Positions 19,834 through 28,994 of a stretch of DNA of 64,000 bases are shown here, piece by piece. The notes below the pieces were generated by a model. It was given only the letters and a program-made list of their open reading frames with translations, was not told the origin of the DNA and did not search any database. The stretch's first letter is position 1; every line of letters starts with the position of its first letter. The stretch comes from an uncultured Clostridium sp. (GTDB taxonomy: Bacteria; Bacillota; Clostridia; TANB77; CAG-508). The stretch covers positions 16,994 through 80,993 of the forward strand of contig CAMPBS010000002.1 in assembly GCA_946639585.1 (NCBI GenBank). Reading direction: 5' to 3'. The translations under genes were made by a program, and so were the position numbers.

Positions 19834-20700
19834 ATGAAATTAGCAAATGAATGGAAAGAATATAAAATTTTAGATATGGCTGACGGGCAAAAGCTAGAAA
19901 GATGGGGAGATGTTGTGCTTTCTAGACCTGACCCACAGATCATTTGGAAAAATAAAAGTTTTCCAAATAAATGGAAAGAAATAAACGCTACTTATCATAG
20001 AAGCAAAACTGGTGGAGGTTCTTGGGAATATAATAAAAAAATGCCATCACAATGGCAAGTACATTATAAAAATTTAACTTTCAATATAAAGCCGATGGGA
20101 TTCAAACATACAGGATTATTTCCAGAGCAAGCTGTTAACTGGGATTGGATGATAAATAAAATAAAATCATCTAAAAGAGAAATAAAAGTATTGAACTTGT
20201 TTGCATATACAGGTGGTGCAACAGTTGCATGTTTATCAGCAGGTGCATCAGTTTGCCATGTAGATAGTTCAAAGGGAATGACAACATGGGCAAAAGAAAA
20301 TGTTGAAGCTTCAGGTTTAAGAGAAAGACCAGTTAGATTTATAGTTGATGATGTTGTTAAATTTGTAAATAGAGAAATAAGAAGAGGCAACAAATATGAT
20401 GCAATAATAATGGACCCTCCATCTTATGGAAGAGGTGCGAATGGTGAAGTTTGGCAGTTTGAAAACAATATATATGACTTAGTTGAATTATGTTCAAAAG
20501 TATTATCAGACAACCCATTATTCTTCTTAATAAATTCTTATACAACAGGAATTTCTAGCAAAGTTTTAGAAGATATTTTGAGTTTAACAATTTGCAAAAA
20601 ACATAAAGGAAAGCTAGAATCTGGAGAAATAGGGCTTCCAATGGAGAATTCAAATTTGGTTTTACCTTGCGGAATTTATGGCCGTTGGGAAGAAATATAA
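19834..20700 (+). CDS. class I SAM-dependent rRNA methyltransferase (RlmI/YwbD-like)
   Basis: It carries a Rossmann SAM-binding motif (VLNLFAYTGGATVA) and a DPPSYG catalytic motif. Confidence 0.7.
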   Translation: MKLANEWKEYKILDMADGQKLERWGDVVLSRPDPQIIWKNKSFPNKWKEINATYHRSKTGGGSWEYNKKMPSQWQVHYKNLTFNIKPMGFKHTGLFPEQAVNWDWMINKIKSSKREIKVLNLFAYTGGATVACLSAGASVCHVDSSKGMTTWAKENVEASGLRERPVRFIVDDVVKFVNREIRRGNKYDAIIMDPPSYGRGANGEVWQFENNIYDLVELCSKVLSDNPLFFLINSYTTGISSKVLEDILSLTICKKHKGKLESGEIGLPMENSNLVLPCGIYGRWEEI

Positions 20701-20717
20701 TTAGGAATGAGATAAAA

Positions 20718-21395
20718 ATGAATAAAATAAAAGTTATTTACGAAGATAATCACATAATTGTGGTAGAAAAAACACCAAACATTCCATCACAAGCAGATAA
20801 AACAGGTGATATAGACATGCTGAGTTTGGTAAAAGATTATATAAAAGAAAAATATAATAAACCAGGAAATGTTTATTTAGGTTTAGTTCATAGGCTAGAT
20901 AGACCAGTTGGTGGAATTATGGTATTTGCTAAAACTTCTAAAGCAGCATCAAGACTAAGCGAAGAAGTTAGAAACAAAACATTTCAAAAGAAGTATTTAG
21001 CAGTTGTAGATGGAAAAATTGAGCAAGACGCGGGAACATTAGAAGATTACTTATATAAAGATGAAAGAAATAATATGAGTAAAGTAGTAAGTGCTACAAA
21101 GAAAAATGCAAAACTTGCCAAATTAGATTACAAAGTTTTAAAATATGATGAAGTGAAAAAATTAAGTTTAGTAGAAATAGATTTACATACAGGAAGACAT
21201 CATCAAATAAGAGTACAGCTAAGCCATTTTGGACATAGCATATTTGGTGATCAAAAGTATGGAACAAGAGGACAAGGAAAACAAATTGCACTTTGGGCAT
21301 ACAAATTAAAAATTGTGCATCCCACAACAAAAGAAGAAATGGAATTTGAAGATTTGCCAGAATCAGTTGGAACATGGTGCATATTGAAGAAATAA
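20718..21395 (+). CDS. RluA-family pseudouridine synthase
   Basis: It has the HRLDRPVGGIMVFAKT catalytic Asp motif. The ATG sits at 20718. Confidence 0.8.
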   Translation: MNKIKVIYEDNHIIVVEKTPNIPSQADKTGDIDMLSLVKDYIKEKYNKPGNVYLGLVHRLDRPVGGIMVFAKTSKAASRLSEEVRNKTFQKKYLAVVDGKIEQDAGTLEDYLYKDERNNMSKVVSATKKNAKLAKLDYKVLKYDEVKKLSLVEIDLHTGRHHQIRVQLSHFGHSIFGDQKYGTRGQGKQIALWAYKLKIVHPTTKEEMEFEDLPESVGTWCILKK

Positions 21396-21403
21396 AAAAG
21401 AAG

Positions 21404-21444
21404 GCTGGCGAGCAATCTGGGGACACTTCCCAAATTGCTCGCCA
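21404..21444. repeat. hairpin carrying the CTGGGGACACTTCCCAAA core (copy C)
   Basis: The stem ctggcgagcaat / attgctcgccag encloses the conserved core. It lies downstream of the rluA-family gene. Confidence 0.65.
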
Positions 21445-21468
21445 GTCTTCTCTTCATCTTTATGTCAA

Positions 21469-21497
21469 TTTTACAAAGCGTAAAATAGTTTTACAAA
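21469..21497 (+). promoter_or_regulatory. LytTR-type direct repeats (TTTTACAAA-N11-TTTTACAAA) upstream of agrB
   Basis: It is a 9 bp direct repeat with a 20 bp period, typical of AgrA-like binding sites. Confidence 0.5.
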
Positions 21498-21609
21498 AAT
21501 AGCATTTTAAACTTTTCATAAAACAAAAATACCATCTTATAAACGAAATGAAAAATGTCGAAAATTAAGTGATAAACTCACCCTAACAACACAAAAGAGG
21601 GGTGAGGAA

Positions 21610-22221
21610 ATGATAGATAAAATCTGTGAATTTCTAACCAATAAGATACGAAAGGAAATGCCAGAAATTGATGACGAGAGGGCAGAAATAATAAATTATG
21701 GACTACAAAATATTATAGGAGAAATTCCTAAAATATTTATAACATTGGGAATCGCATTGATATTTGGAATTTTTGATTTAACATTTTACACATTTTTAAT
21801 ATTACTACCATATAAAGCATTTTCAGGAGGATTCCATTTGAAAACACATATTGGTTGTATAATTTGCACAACTGCAATGTATTGTGGAATAGCACTTTTG
21901 AGTAAATACATTATTTTAACTGAAATTGCAAAATACATTTTAATAGCCTTGATTTGGGTATTTGGAATGTGGATGGTAAAATTATATGCGCCAGCAGATA
22001 CAGAAAATGTGCCAATACTAAGGAAAAAAGATAGAAGAAAAAAGCAAATATTATCATACATTGCTTTAACAATTGGGCTTGTTATAGCATTGCTTATCCC
22101 TTATGGAGAAATTGCAAATATATTGATATTTGGCAGTTTCATTCAAACACTTTGTACAACAAAATTTGTTTATAAAATTACAAACAACAAATATGGTTAT
22201 GAAGTGTATGGAAATAGTTAA
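21610..22221 (+). CDS. agrB: accessory gene regulator B (AgrD-processing membrane peptidase)
   Basis: It is a multi-TM protein with the conserved His/Cys motif SGGFHLKTHIGCIICT. Confidence 0.75.
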   Translation: MIDKICEFLTNKIRKEMPEIDDERAEIINYGLQNIIGEIPKIFITLGIALIFGIFDLTFYTFLILLPYKAFSGGFHLKTHIGCIICTTAMYCGIALLSKYIILTEIAKYILIALIWVFGMWMVKLYAPADTENVPILRKKDRRKKQILSYIALTIGLVIALLIPYGEIANILIFGSFIQTLCTTKFVYKITNNKYGYEVYGNS

Positions 22222-22281
22222 AGGATAATAACGACATGAAATGTCGTAATTATAAAAATTATTTTCAAAGGAGGGATTTAT

Positions 22282-22401
22282 ATGTTTAAATTTCTAGCAA
22301 AGGCAGCTGAAAAATATGCAAAGGCAACAAATACTGCATGTTTAGTATTATGGGTGTTACATCAACCTAAAATGCCTACAAGCTTAATAAAAAAAGATTA
22401 A
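22282..22401 (+). CDS. agrD: autoinducing peptide precursor AgrD (39 aa), too short for the ORF track
   Basis: A GGAGGG RBS precedes MFKFLAKAAEKYAKATNTACLVLWVLHQPKMPTSLIKKD. The core motif C-L-V-L-W...HQPxxPxSL matches clostridial AgrD precursors. Confidence 0.7.
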   Translation: MFKFLAKAAEKYAKATNTACLVLWVLHQPKMPTSLIKKD

Positions 22402-22517
22402 TTATAAACATTTAACATAGTTATTAAATTTCCTAGCATTTCGTCAACTATGCTAGGAGATCCTTAAATAAATTTCGACATCCAAAAAGGAAGTGCATAG
22501 CACTTCCTTTTTGGTAT

Positions 22518-23864
22518 CTAATTATAAATTTCAAATTGTTGTGAAAAATACTTATCATCCTTTGTTGTATGTAAATTAAGGTTATTATTGGCTTGTAGTA
22601 TTTTACGAATTTCCCACAAGCCCAATCCAGTATGATTTTCTTTGCTTGTTTTACCTTTTTCAAATATAGCATCGATATCTACATTTTTATCTTTATAAGA
22701 ATTTTCTATTTTTAGATATTGCATATTATTTTTTTCATCATCCTTAAAAGTAACATTTATTATTTTTTCTTCACTTTCTTTTGCAGCATCGATTGCATTA
22801 TCTATTAAGATACCAAATATCTTGGTGAATTCATATATTTTCATATTTATTTTAGATAAATCCCATAATACTGTAATATTCATTTTAATATTTAGTTCTT
22901 CAGCTTCATTATATTTTGTTGTTAATAAACTATATATTCCAGGATTATTTATAATATTTGGATTTAACATATACATTCTATTAACCTTTAAACATTCATC
23001 TTCAAGCTGTGAATAGTATTGTTTCAAGCCTTCCATATCATTTGTTCTTATATATCCGCCAATTGCAGCAACAGTATTATCATAATCATGTTTAAATCCT
23101 CTAATATTATCATGCAAAATTTGTAGTGTTTTATTATATTCTTCAGCATTTTCTAGTCGTTTGGCAGTTAAATATAGTTGATTAGTTTTAGTTAAACTAT
23201 ATATATTTATAGAAAAATATGCCAAAAGGGAAATAAAACTTAATAGAGTTATTATTATTGGCAATGATTCTACATAATATAATGTTATTATAAATTGGAT
23301 TGCTAAAACAACAAAGCCTAATATTAAATTTGTAATTAAAAGTTTTTTAGATTTTTTATCTAAATCTTCCAAGACTCTTATATATAAATTTTTATGTTTT
23401 AATACTTTTATAACTCCAAATGTACATATATAAGAAATAAATAAGTATCCGACTCTATATATAGGTATGCTATGTATTATTTCATAATCAACATTTAAGA
23501 TTTTCATAAAAGGATTTAATACAAGTGTTCCAATTAAAGCATATATTATTGTAGGCAATATAATTGCTAAAATACTTTTCAATATTGAAATTTTAAAAAC
23601 AAATTTTATTGCTAAAAACAAAATAATATAGTTAATAAAAGAATTGAATGGGGCTGGCAAATAAAGAAGCGATATCATTGATGTTAATGATGAGATTAAC
23701 AAATACATTCCTTTTTGTTTTTTACTACCCTTAATATTTAATAAATATAAGAATAAGTATAAAATCAATGCATTTTCGACAATAAATAATGGTAATGCAA
23801 TTAGATTTACTACCCCCTCATTAGGCGTACTTATCGCCGTCCAAATATTACCCCATAAATCCAT
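22518..23864 (-). CDS. agrC: AgrC-like sensor histidine kinase (multi-TM sensor plus HATPase_c)
   Basis: It has 6-7 TM helices, a conserved His region and a GHKL ATPase motif (ILIDNAIDAA...GLGL). It overlaps the agrA stop. Confidence 0.75.
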   Translation of the reverse strand: MDLWGNIWTAISTPNEGVVNLIALPLFIVENALILYLFLYLLNIKGSKKQKGMYLLISSLTSMISLLYLPAPFNSFINYIILFLAIKFVFKISILKSILAIILPTIIYALIGTLVLNPFMKILNVDYEIIHSIPIYRVGYLFISYICTFGVIKVLKHKNLYIRVLEDLDKKSKKLLITNLILGFVVLAIQFIITLYYVESLPIIITLLSFISLLAYFSINIYSLTKTNQLYLTAKRLENAEEYNKTLQILHDNIRGFKHDYDNTVAAIGGYIRTNDMEGLKQYYSQLEDECLKVNRMYMLNPNIINNPGIYSLLTTKYNEAEELNIKMNITVLWDLSKINMKIYEFTKIFGILIDNAIDAAKESEEKIINVTFKDDEKNNMQYLKIENSYKDKNVDIDAIFEKGKTSKENHTGLGLWEIRKILQANNNLNLHTTKDDKYFSQQFEIYN

Positions 23865-24564
23865 AATTATTCAAAACCTCCAACAAATTACTTTTATACT
23901 TAGGACCAATATCGCAACTAAAATTACTATTATTAAAAATAAGTCTATTTTCAACAGGTTCTAAATTACTAATTTTATTTATATTGGCAATATAAGATTT
24001 GTGACATCTAACAAAGTTTTCAGGCAACGTATCTTTTACTTTATTGAATGAACTATAGATTTCATAATCTCTGCTATCAGTGCAAAATACTAGTTTCATA
24101 CCATCTCTTTTAATATAATTGATTTCATTTTCATCAATAATTGTATTTTTATTATCAATTTTTAAATATTTCTTTGGTTTACTATAAATATCATCATATA
24201 ACCTAGTAATAGTTTCTTCTAATCTTTCTTGAGTGATAGGTTTTGAAATATAATCAAAAGTCTTAAATTTATAGGCAACCATGGCATATTCCAAATGACC
24301 TGTTATAAAAATTATATATGTACTTTTATTTTTCGCTCTAATTTCTTGTGCTAATTCAAGACCAGTTTTCTTAGCTTTTAAATTGATATCTAAAAAAACA
24401 ACATCTATATTGTTTGCACAAACATAATTAATAATATTGTCTGGATTGTCAGTTGCAAGTTCAACTTTGGCATCATAATTATATTTTACAAAAATGTTTT
24501 CCATCAAGTTAGAAAGCTTGTTTAAAATATTTAAATTGTCCTCACATATTACAAAACGTAGCAT
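23848..24564 (-). CDS. agrA: AgrA-like LytTR-family response regulator
   Basis: It has a REC domain (VVFLDINL) and a C-terminal LytTR domain. Confidence 0.8.
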   Translation of the reverse strand: MLRFVICEDNLNILNKLSNLMENIFVKYNYDAKVELATDNPDNIINYVCANNIDVVFLDINLKAKKTGLELAQEIRAKNKSTYIIFITGHLEYAMVAYKFKTFDYISKPITQERLEETITRLYDDIYSKPKKYLKIDNKNTIIDENEINYIKRDGMKLVFCTDSRDYEIYSSFNKVKDTLPENFVRCHKSYIANINKISNLEPVENRLIFNNSNFSCDIGPKYKSNLLEVLNNYGFMG

Positions 24565-24802
24565 TTTAAAATCCCCCTAAATTCATATAAAAAAATCCAA
24601 TTTTTACCAAAAAAATCCAATTTTTCAGTAGCCATATAAATATAATTCAAAAATTTTATATTGTCAAGAATAATTGACAAAATTTTACAGCTACATAATA
24701 TGTGTAGTATGTAAAAACGTTACAATACTGAGTGATATCACAAAAAATTTATTGACCAAAGTTTATTATTATGATATATTGTGTAAGAGGAGAAATAAAA
24801 AA

Positions 24803-25579
24803 ATGGAATTTATGGTTATGTTATTTTTGGCACCAATAATAGGTGGAATTATAGGACTAATTGTAAGAAAAAAAGTATTAAAAAAACTTAATCCTGAAGT
24901 GGAAGGATTTTTAAATAAAAGGGGAACTACATTAGAAAGTGAATTACAAAAATTTATAGATTCACAAAACTTAAATGAAAAAGTTTTAACTGCGCGTATG
25001 AGCAGCATTTATAAATATAAAAATAATGAATGTACATGTATTATTGTTAAATTTAAAATAGAAGGAAAAAGTGATTGGTATGCCGGAATTGTAAGCGATT
25101 CAGGAACATATACTGACCTGAAAAAGTTTAACCTAATGACATCAATTCAAGATACTAATATATTATTACAAAAAATTTATAAACAACCTACAAGAGAAAT
25201 CAATGAGGATTGTTTAATATATTTGCCTAAATTAGAAAACATATATCATTTTAGAATTCAACCTGATGAAAAAGTTATATTCAATTCGAAAATAAATAAT
25301 GTTAGAATAGACAATAATTTATCAATAGGAAGAAATGCCAAACTTACTATGACTGATAAGAGGATATTCATATTTAATGGAGTTGGATTATGGACAATTG
25401 AGCTTTATAATGACATATCAGATTATAAAAGAGAAGAATCATATTTAGAGATAGCACTTTCAGAAATATGTATTTTCGGACAAGCTGGAGAAAGAATTTG
25501 TACTGGATTTAAATTCTTTTTTGATAATACTGAGGAATTAGATAAATTTGAAAATATTTTGAATAATATAATACAATAA
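24803..25579 (+). CDS. hypothetical membrane-anchored protein (PH-domain-like C-terminal region)
   Basis: An RBS (agaggag) precedes the ATG at 24803, followed by an N-terminal TM helix. Confidence 0.45.
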   Translation: MEFMVMLFLAPIIGGIIGLIVRKKVLKKLNPEVEGFLNKRGTTLESELQKFIDSQNLNEKVLTARMSSIYKYKNNECTCIIVKFKIEGKSDWYAGIVSDSGTYTDLKKFNLMTSIQDTNILLQKIYKQPTREINEDCLIYLPKLENIYHFRIQPDEKVIFNSKINNVRIDNNLSIGRNAKLTMTDKRIFIFNGVGLWTIELYNDISDYKREESYLEIALSEICIFGQAGERICTGFKFFFDNTEELDKFENILNNIIQ

Positions 25580-25601
25580 AGGGCCGAATAAAGGAGATGT
25601 T

Positions 25602-26459
25602 ATGGTGGTTGATTTAGAATTATATAGAATATTTAAAATCGTTGCTGATGAAGAAAACTTAACAAGAGCAAGTGAAATATTAAATATTTCACAACCAGCA
25701 GTAACAAAACACATTCACAATTTAGAAGATGAATTAGAAATAAAATTATTTGATAGAACAAAATATGGAATGAAACTAACTATAGATGGAAAACAAATAT
25801 ACAATCAAATAAAAGATGCTATAAACGCATTAATGAGTGTAGAAAATAATTTAAAACAAAATAAAATATTAAATTTGGGAATTCATACAAATATACCAAA
25901 GGAATTATATAGGAATATAATAGCAAAAATAAAGCGAAATAATCTTAATATAGAAGTAAATATTGAAAAAGCACCTACAGAGGATATGTTTTCAATGTTA
26001 GAAAAACAGAAAATTGATGCATATTTATCAAAAAAACAACCAGAAGATATACATAGTGAATTTATAAAATTTATAGAATTAGGAGCTTTTCATGATGATT
26101 TCTTTGTAAATATTAATTCAAAATATTTAGATAAAAGTATTTTGAAAGATGATGAAAAAATTACTATATACACTTTAAGAAATATATCAAGTACAAGTAG
26201 AAATTTGGAAAATATATTAAAAGAAAAGAATTTAAAAAATATAGAAATAAAGAATGCAACATTTAATACAATTATTGAAGAAATGCAGAACAATGATATA
26301 GTTGCATATATAACAGAAGAATATATACAAGAAGAACTTGAAAGTGGTAAATTAAGCAAATTGGAATTAGGAATTGAATCTCCAGCTCTAGAGTATGGAA
26401 TTTATTATAATTCTAATAACAAGATCAAGAATGTTAAGAATTTATTTAAAGATATTTAA
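25602..26459 (+). CDS. LysR-family transcriptional regulator
   Basis: The N-terminal HTH (LTRASEILNISQPAVTKHIHNLEDEL) is followed by a substrate-binding domain. Confidence 0.8.
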   Translation: MVVDLELYRIFKIVADEENLTRASEILNISQPAVTKHIHNLEDELEIKLFDRTKYGMKLTIDGKQIYNQIKDAINALMSVENNLKQNKILNLGIHTNIPKELYRNIIAKIKRNNLNIEVNIEKAPTEDMFSMLEKQKIDAYLSKKQPEDIHSEFIKFIELGAFHDDFFVNINSKYLDKSILKDDEKITIYTLRNISSTSRNLENILKEKNLKNIEIKNATFNTIIEEMQNNDIVAYITEEYIQEELESGKLSKLELGIESPALEYGIYYNSNNKIKNVKNLFKDI

Positions 26460-26593
26460 TAATGAGAATGAGTGCGAGATATAACTTTAAGTTATATCTC
26501 GCACTCATATTTCTATTTTACATAACATAAAGATGTTGCTACAATAAAAGTAATAACAAGGTAGATACCTAATGTGAAATAGGAGGAATTATT

Positions 26594-27670
26594 ATGATTA
26601 ATTATACACTGAATGACCCTACACAGCAAATGCTGATTCCTCATCTTAAGACTACAGAGGAATTGCTATCACGGGTCGCAACCAAACTTTCTGGTGTAAA
26701 GAAGTATGCAGAAATAACGGCTATGCCTGATCTTGGCATTGCACATAACTGCACCCGCATGATGGGTGGATTTTTCACTGGTGCACGATATGTGTGGGAT
26801 TCGACCGTTCCGTTTGTTCCTGTTGATGCAACTGTTAATGTATGTGGCACTGCTGTATTTAAACTTAACAATGAAATTTCCGTCCAGGAATTTCTAGAGA
26901 GAGTTGAAACTGTACTTGCAGACAGAACTCGATATACGTGGAATTACACAAACGGAAATCACTTCATTAGTCTGTGCCGTTCTAACGGTGAATATGGCAC
27001 AGAATCCGGATATTATATGGTGGTTCACGCATCAGCCAACGAGTTTAAGAATGGTCCAAATGGATTGTATCCGAACTTAGACGTTTGGTATTCTAACACT
27101 ATACAGACAGAGTATTTAGAGGGAACGTCAAGATATCTGCGGTATATTGCGGGAGCACCAGCAGAACGTTTTTATGAAATTGCAAAGCGGCTTATCTTGT
27201 TCAACGAAGAGCGCAATCGTTATTTTATTAGAAATGTTCTTAAGGAATATCTGGATAAGGAAGTTCTTAGTGTTCAGCATTATGGAATGCCAAATGACCA
27301 TACTGTTTGTATTGGTATGCACTGGGAGCCAACAACATATACGCTGTTAACTGCACCTGGACGTCCAATTTTCCTTGTAGAGCCTGGCAAAAATTATGAT
27401 GGTTCGCCACATGGTTTTGGTCTGGCAGTTAGGCACACGAATATCGAATTTTCAAGTGACTCAATCACAATTGGAAACAAGACCTTTTATCATGGAGAAA
27501 GCATTAATATAGGCAGTGACGCACTTAATCGTTGTTCTTCTCCAAAAGACAATCTTGATGATTATGTTGGTGAGATTCTTAGTATTTGTCCTGGCAAAAT
27601 TATTGGCAAGCTATATCAGATTGTTTCTATTTCAAAGGATGGAACTAAAATCTGGAAAGATGTAATTTAG
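26594..27670 (+). CDS. hypothetical protein of unknown family, encoded in a higher-G+C islet
   Basis: It is a 358 aa ORF with a strong RBS (aggagg). Its codon and base composition are visibly GC-richer than the flanks, and I see no recognisable motif. Confidence 0.6.
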   Translation: MINYTLNDPTQQMLIPHLKTTEELLSRVATKLSGVKKYAEITAMPDLGIAHNCTRMMGGFFTGARYVWDSTVPFVPVDATVNVCGTAVFKLNNEISVQEFLERVETVLADRTRYTWNYTNGNHFISLCRSNGEYGTESGYYMVVHASANEFKNGPNGLYPNLDVWYSNTIQTEYLEGTSRYLRYIAGAPAERFYEIAKRLILFNEERNRYFIRNVLKEYLDKEVLSVQHYGMPNDHTVCIGMHWEPTTYTLLTAPGRPIFLVEPGKNYDGSPHGFGLAVRHTNIEFSSDSITIGNKTFYHGESINIGSDALNRCSSPKDNLDDYVGEILSICPGKIIGKLYQIVSISKDGTKIWKDVI

Positions 27671-27729
27671 AAAAGATTGAGGAGTGTTTATTGAATGCTC
27701 CTCAGTGTTATTTATGAGGGAGGTTTTTT

Positions 27730-28269
27730 ATGAAAATTGTACTTATGAGGCATGCCGAAACAACGTTTAATAATTCTGGAAGGTTTTGTGGCAGAACTGA
27801 TTGTGACATAACAGAAAACGGAAGAATTACTACAGCTAAATTAGCAAGTATTGAGCCATTCTTATCGGGTTTTACTGCTATGTATGTTTCACCTCTTAAG
27901 CGGACCGTACAAACTTTGATTGCAATTTATCCTAGTTGCAACTACATTGTAGATGAACGTCTGACCGAGATTTCCATTGGCATATGGGAAGGACTTGAGA
28001 AAGCATCTGTCAATCAAAGTGATAGGAAAGCTTTTCTGAAAGGATTATATACTCCGCCTAATGCAGAAGAAAACCACGAAGGCGTAGTTAACCGCATTAT
28101 GAGTCTTTTTAAGGAACTTGACAATTCTTATGATGACTCGGACATTATTCTTTTAGTAACACATAATGGTGTAATACGGACTGTTAAGCAGTTACTTAAA
28201 ATGGATGAGCTTAAGACAAAAAACTCAGATTTTATTATAATTGATTCTAAAGATGTATTTGATTTGTGA
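27730..28269 (+). CDS. histidine phosphatase family protein (phosphoglycerate mutase / CobC-like)
   Basis: It carries an RHAET...G...R catalytic His motif (LMRHAETTFN) and shares the higher-G+C composition of the preceding ORF. Confidence 0.75.
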   Translation: MKIVLMRHAETTFNNSGRFCGRTDCDITENGRITTAKLASIEPFLSGFTAMYVSPLKRTVQTLIAIYPSCNYIVDERLTEISIGIWEGLEKASVNQSDRKAFLKGLYTPPNAEENHEGVVNRIMSLFKELDNSYDDSDIILLVTHNGVIRTVKQLLKMDELKTKNSDFIIIDSKDVFDL

Positions 28270-28330
28270 AAATAAAAGAGCAGATGTTGCTCTTTTGTTT
28301 TTATATGTTTGGTAAGGAGGAAAAGTAAAA

Positions 28331-28924
28331 ATGAATAATGTAACTAATATCTTTTATATACCAGGTACTTCCGGTAATATTTGGGCAACTTATGAGAACT
28401 ATTTAAAAGATGCATGTGAAAAAATGAATATAGATATTACCTTTGTTAATTTCCCATTACAAGAAAAGTGCAAATATAGTGAGTGGGAAAAGGTAATGAA
28501 AGAATATCTTAAACCTAATACAATAAATGAGCATACGTTAATTGTATCTAGATGTGTTGGAAGTAGATTTATAATTAAATATGTATCAGATAATAATATA
28601 AAAGTAAATGGAATTATAGGTATTGCAACTTCATTTAACAACAAACTACTTGTTGAAAGAGAATATGTACAAAGGGTATTACCATTATTTCCAATTACGG
28701 AAGATGTTATAGCTAAAGCCATTGCTAATATTGAAAATAGAATCTTTATATATGGAGATCAAGATCATTTATTTGCAGAAGAATGGTTGAAAGAAACGGC
28801 TGAAATAATGAAGGCTGAAAAAATTTTTATACCAGGACTAAATCACTGTGGAAATAAGTCTGGGATAAAAGAATTTCCAGAATTGATTGACGCGATTAAA
28901 AAGCTGGGAAAATTTGTTATGTAA
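28331..28924 (+). CDS. alpha/beta hydrolase, YdeN/RBBP9-like (putative)
   Basis: The size (~190 aa) and pattern fit the family, but the assignment is tentative. Confidence 0.4.
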   Translation: MNNVTNIFYIPGTSGNIWATYENYLKDACEKMNIDITFVNFPLQEKCKYSEWEKVMKEYLKPNTINEHTLIVSRCVGSRFIIKYVSDNNIKVNGIIGIATSFNNKLLVEREYVQRVLPLFPITEDVIAKAIANIENRIFIYGDQDHLFAEEWLKETAEIMKAEKIFIPGLNHCGNKSGIKEFPELIDAIKKLGKFVM

Positions 28925-28994
28925 AAATACAAAAGTAATAATTCTATTTTCTCTTCATAAAATTAAAAGAATAATTTTATGGAGGTTTTTTTAT

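Noticed and set aside
28887-28994. 5' extension of the pdaA ORF overlapping the preceding hydrolase gene
   Set aside because: The extension lacks an RBS and overlaps the upstream gene. The internal ATG at 28995 has a GGAGG RBS and yields a protein with a proper signal anchor.
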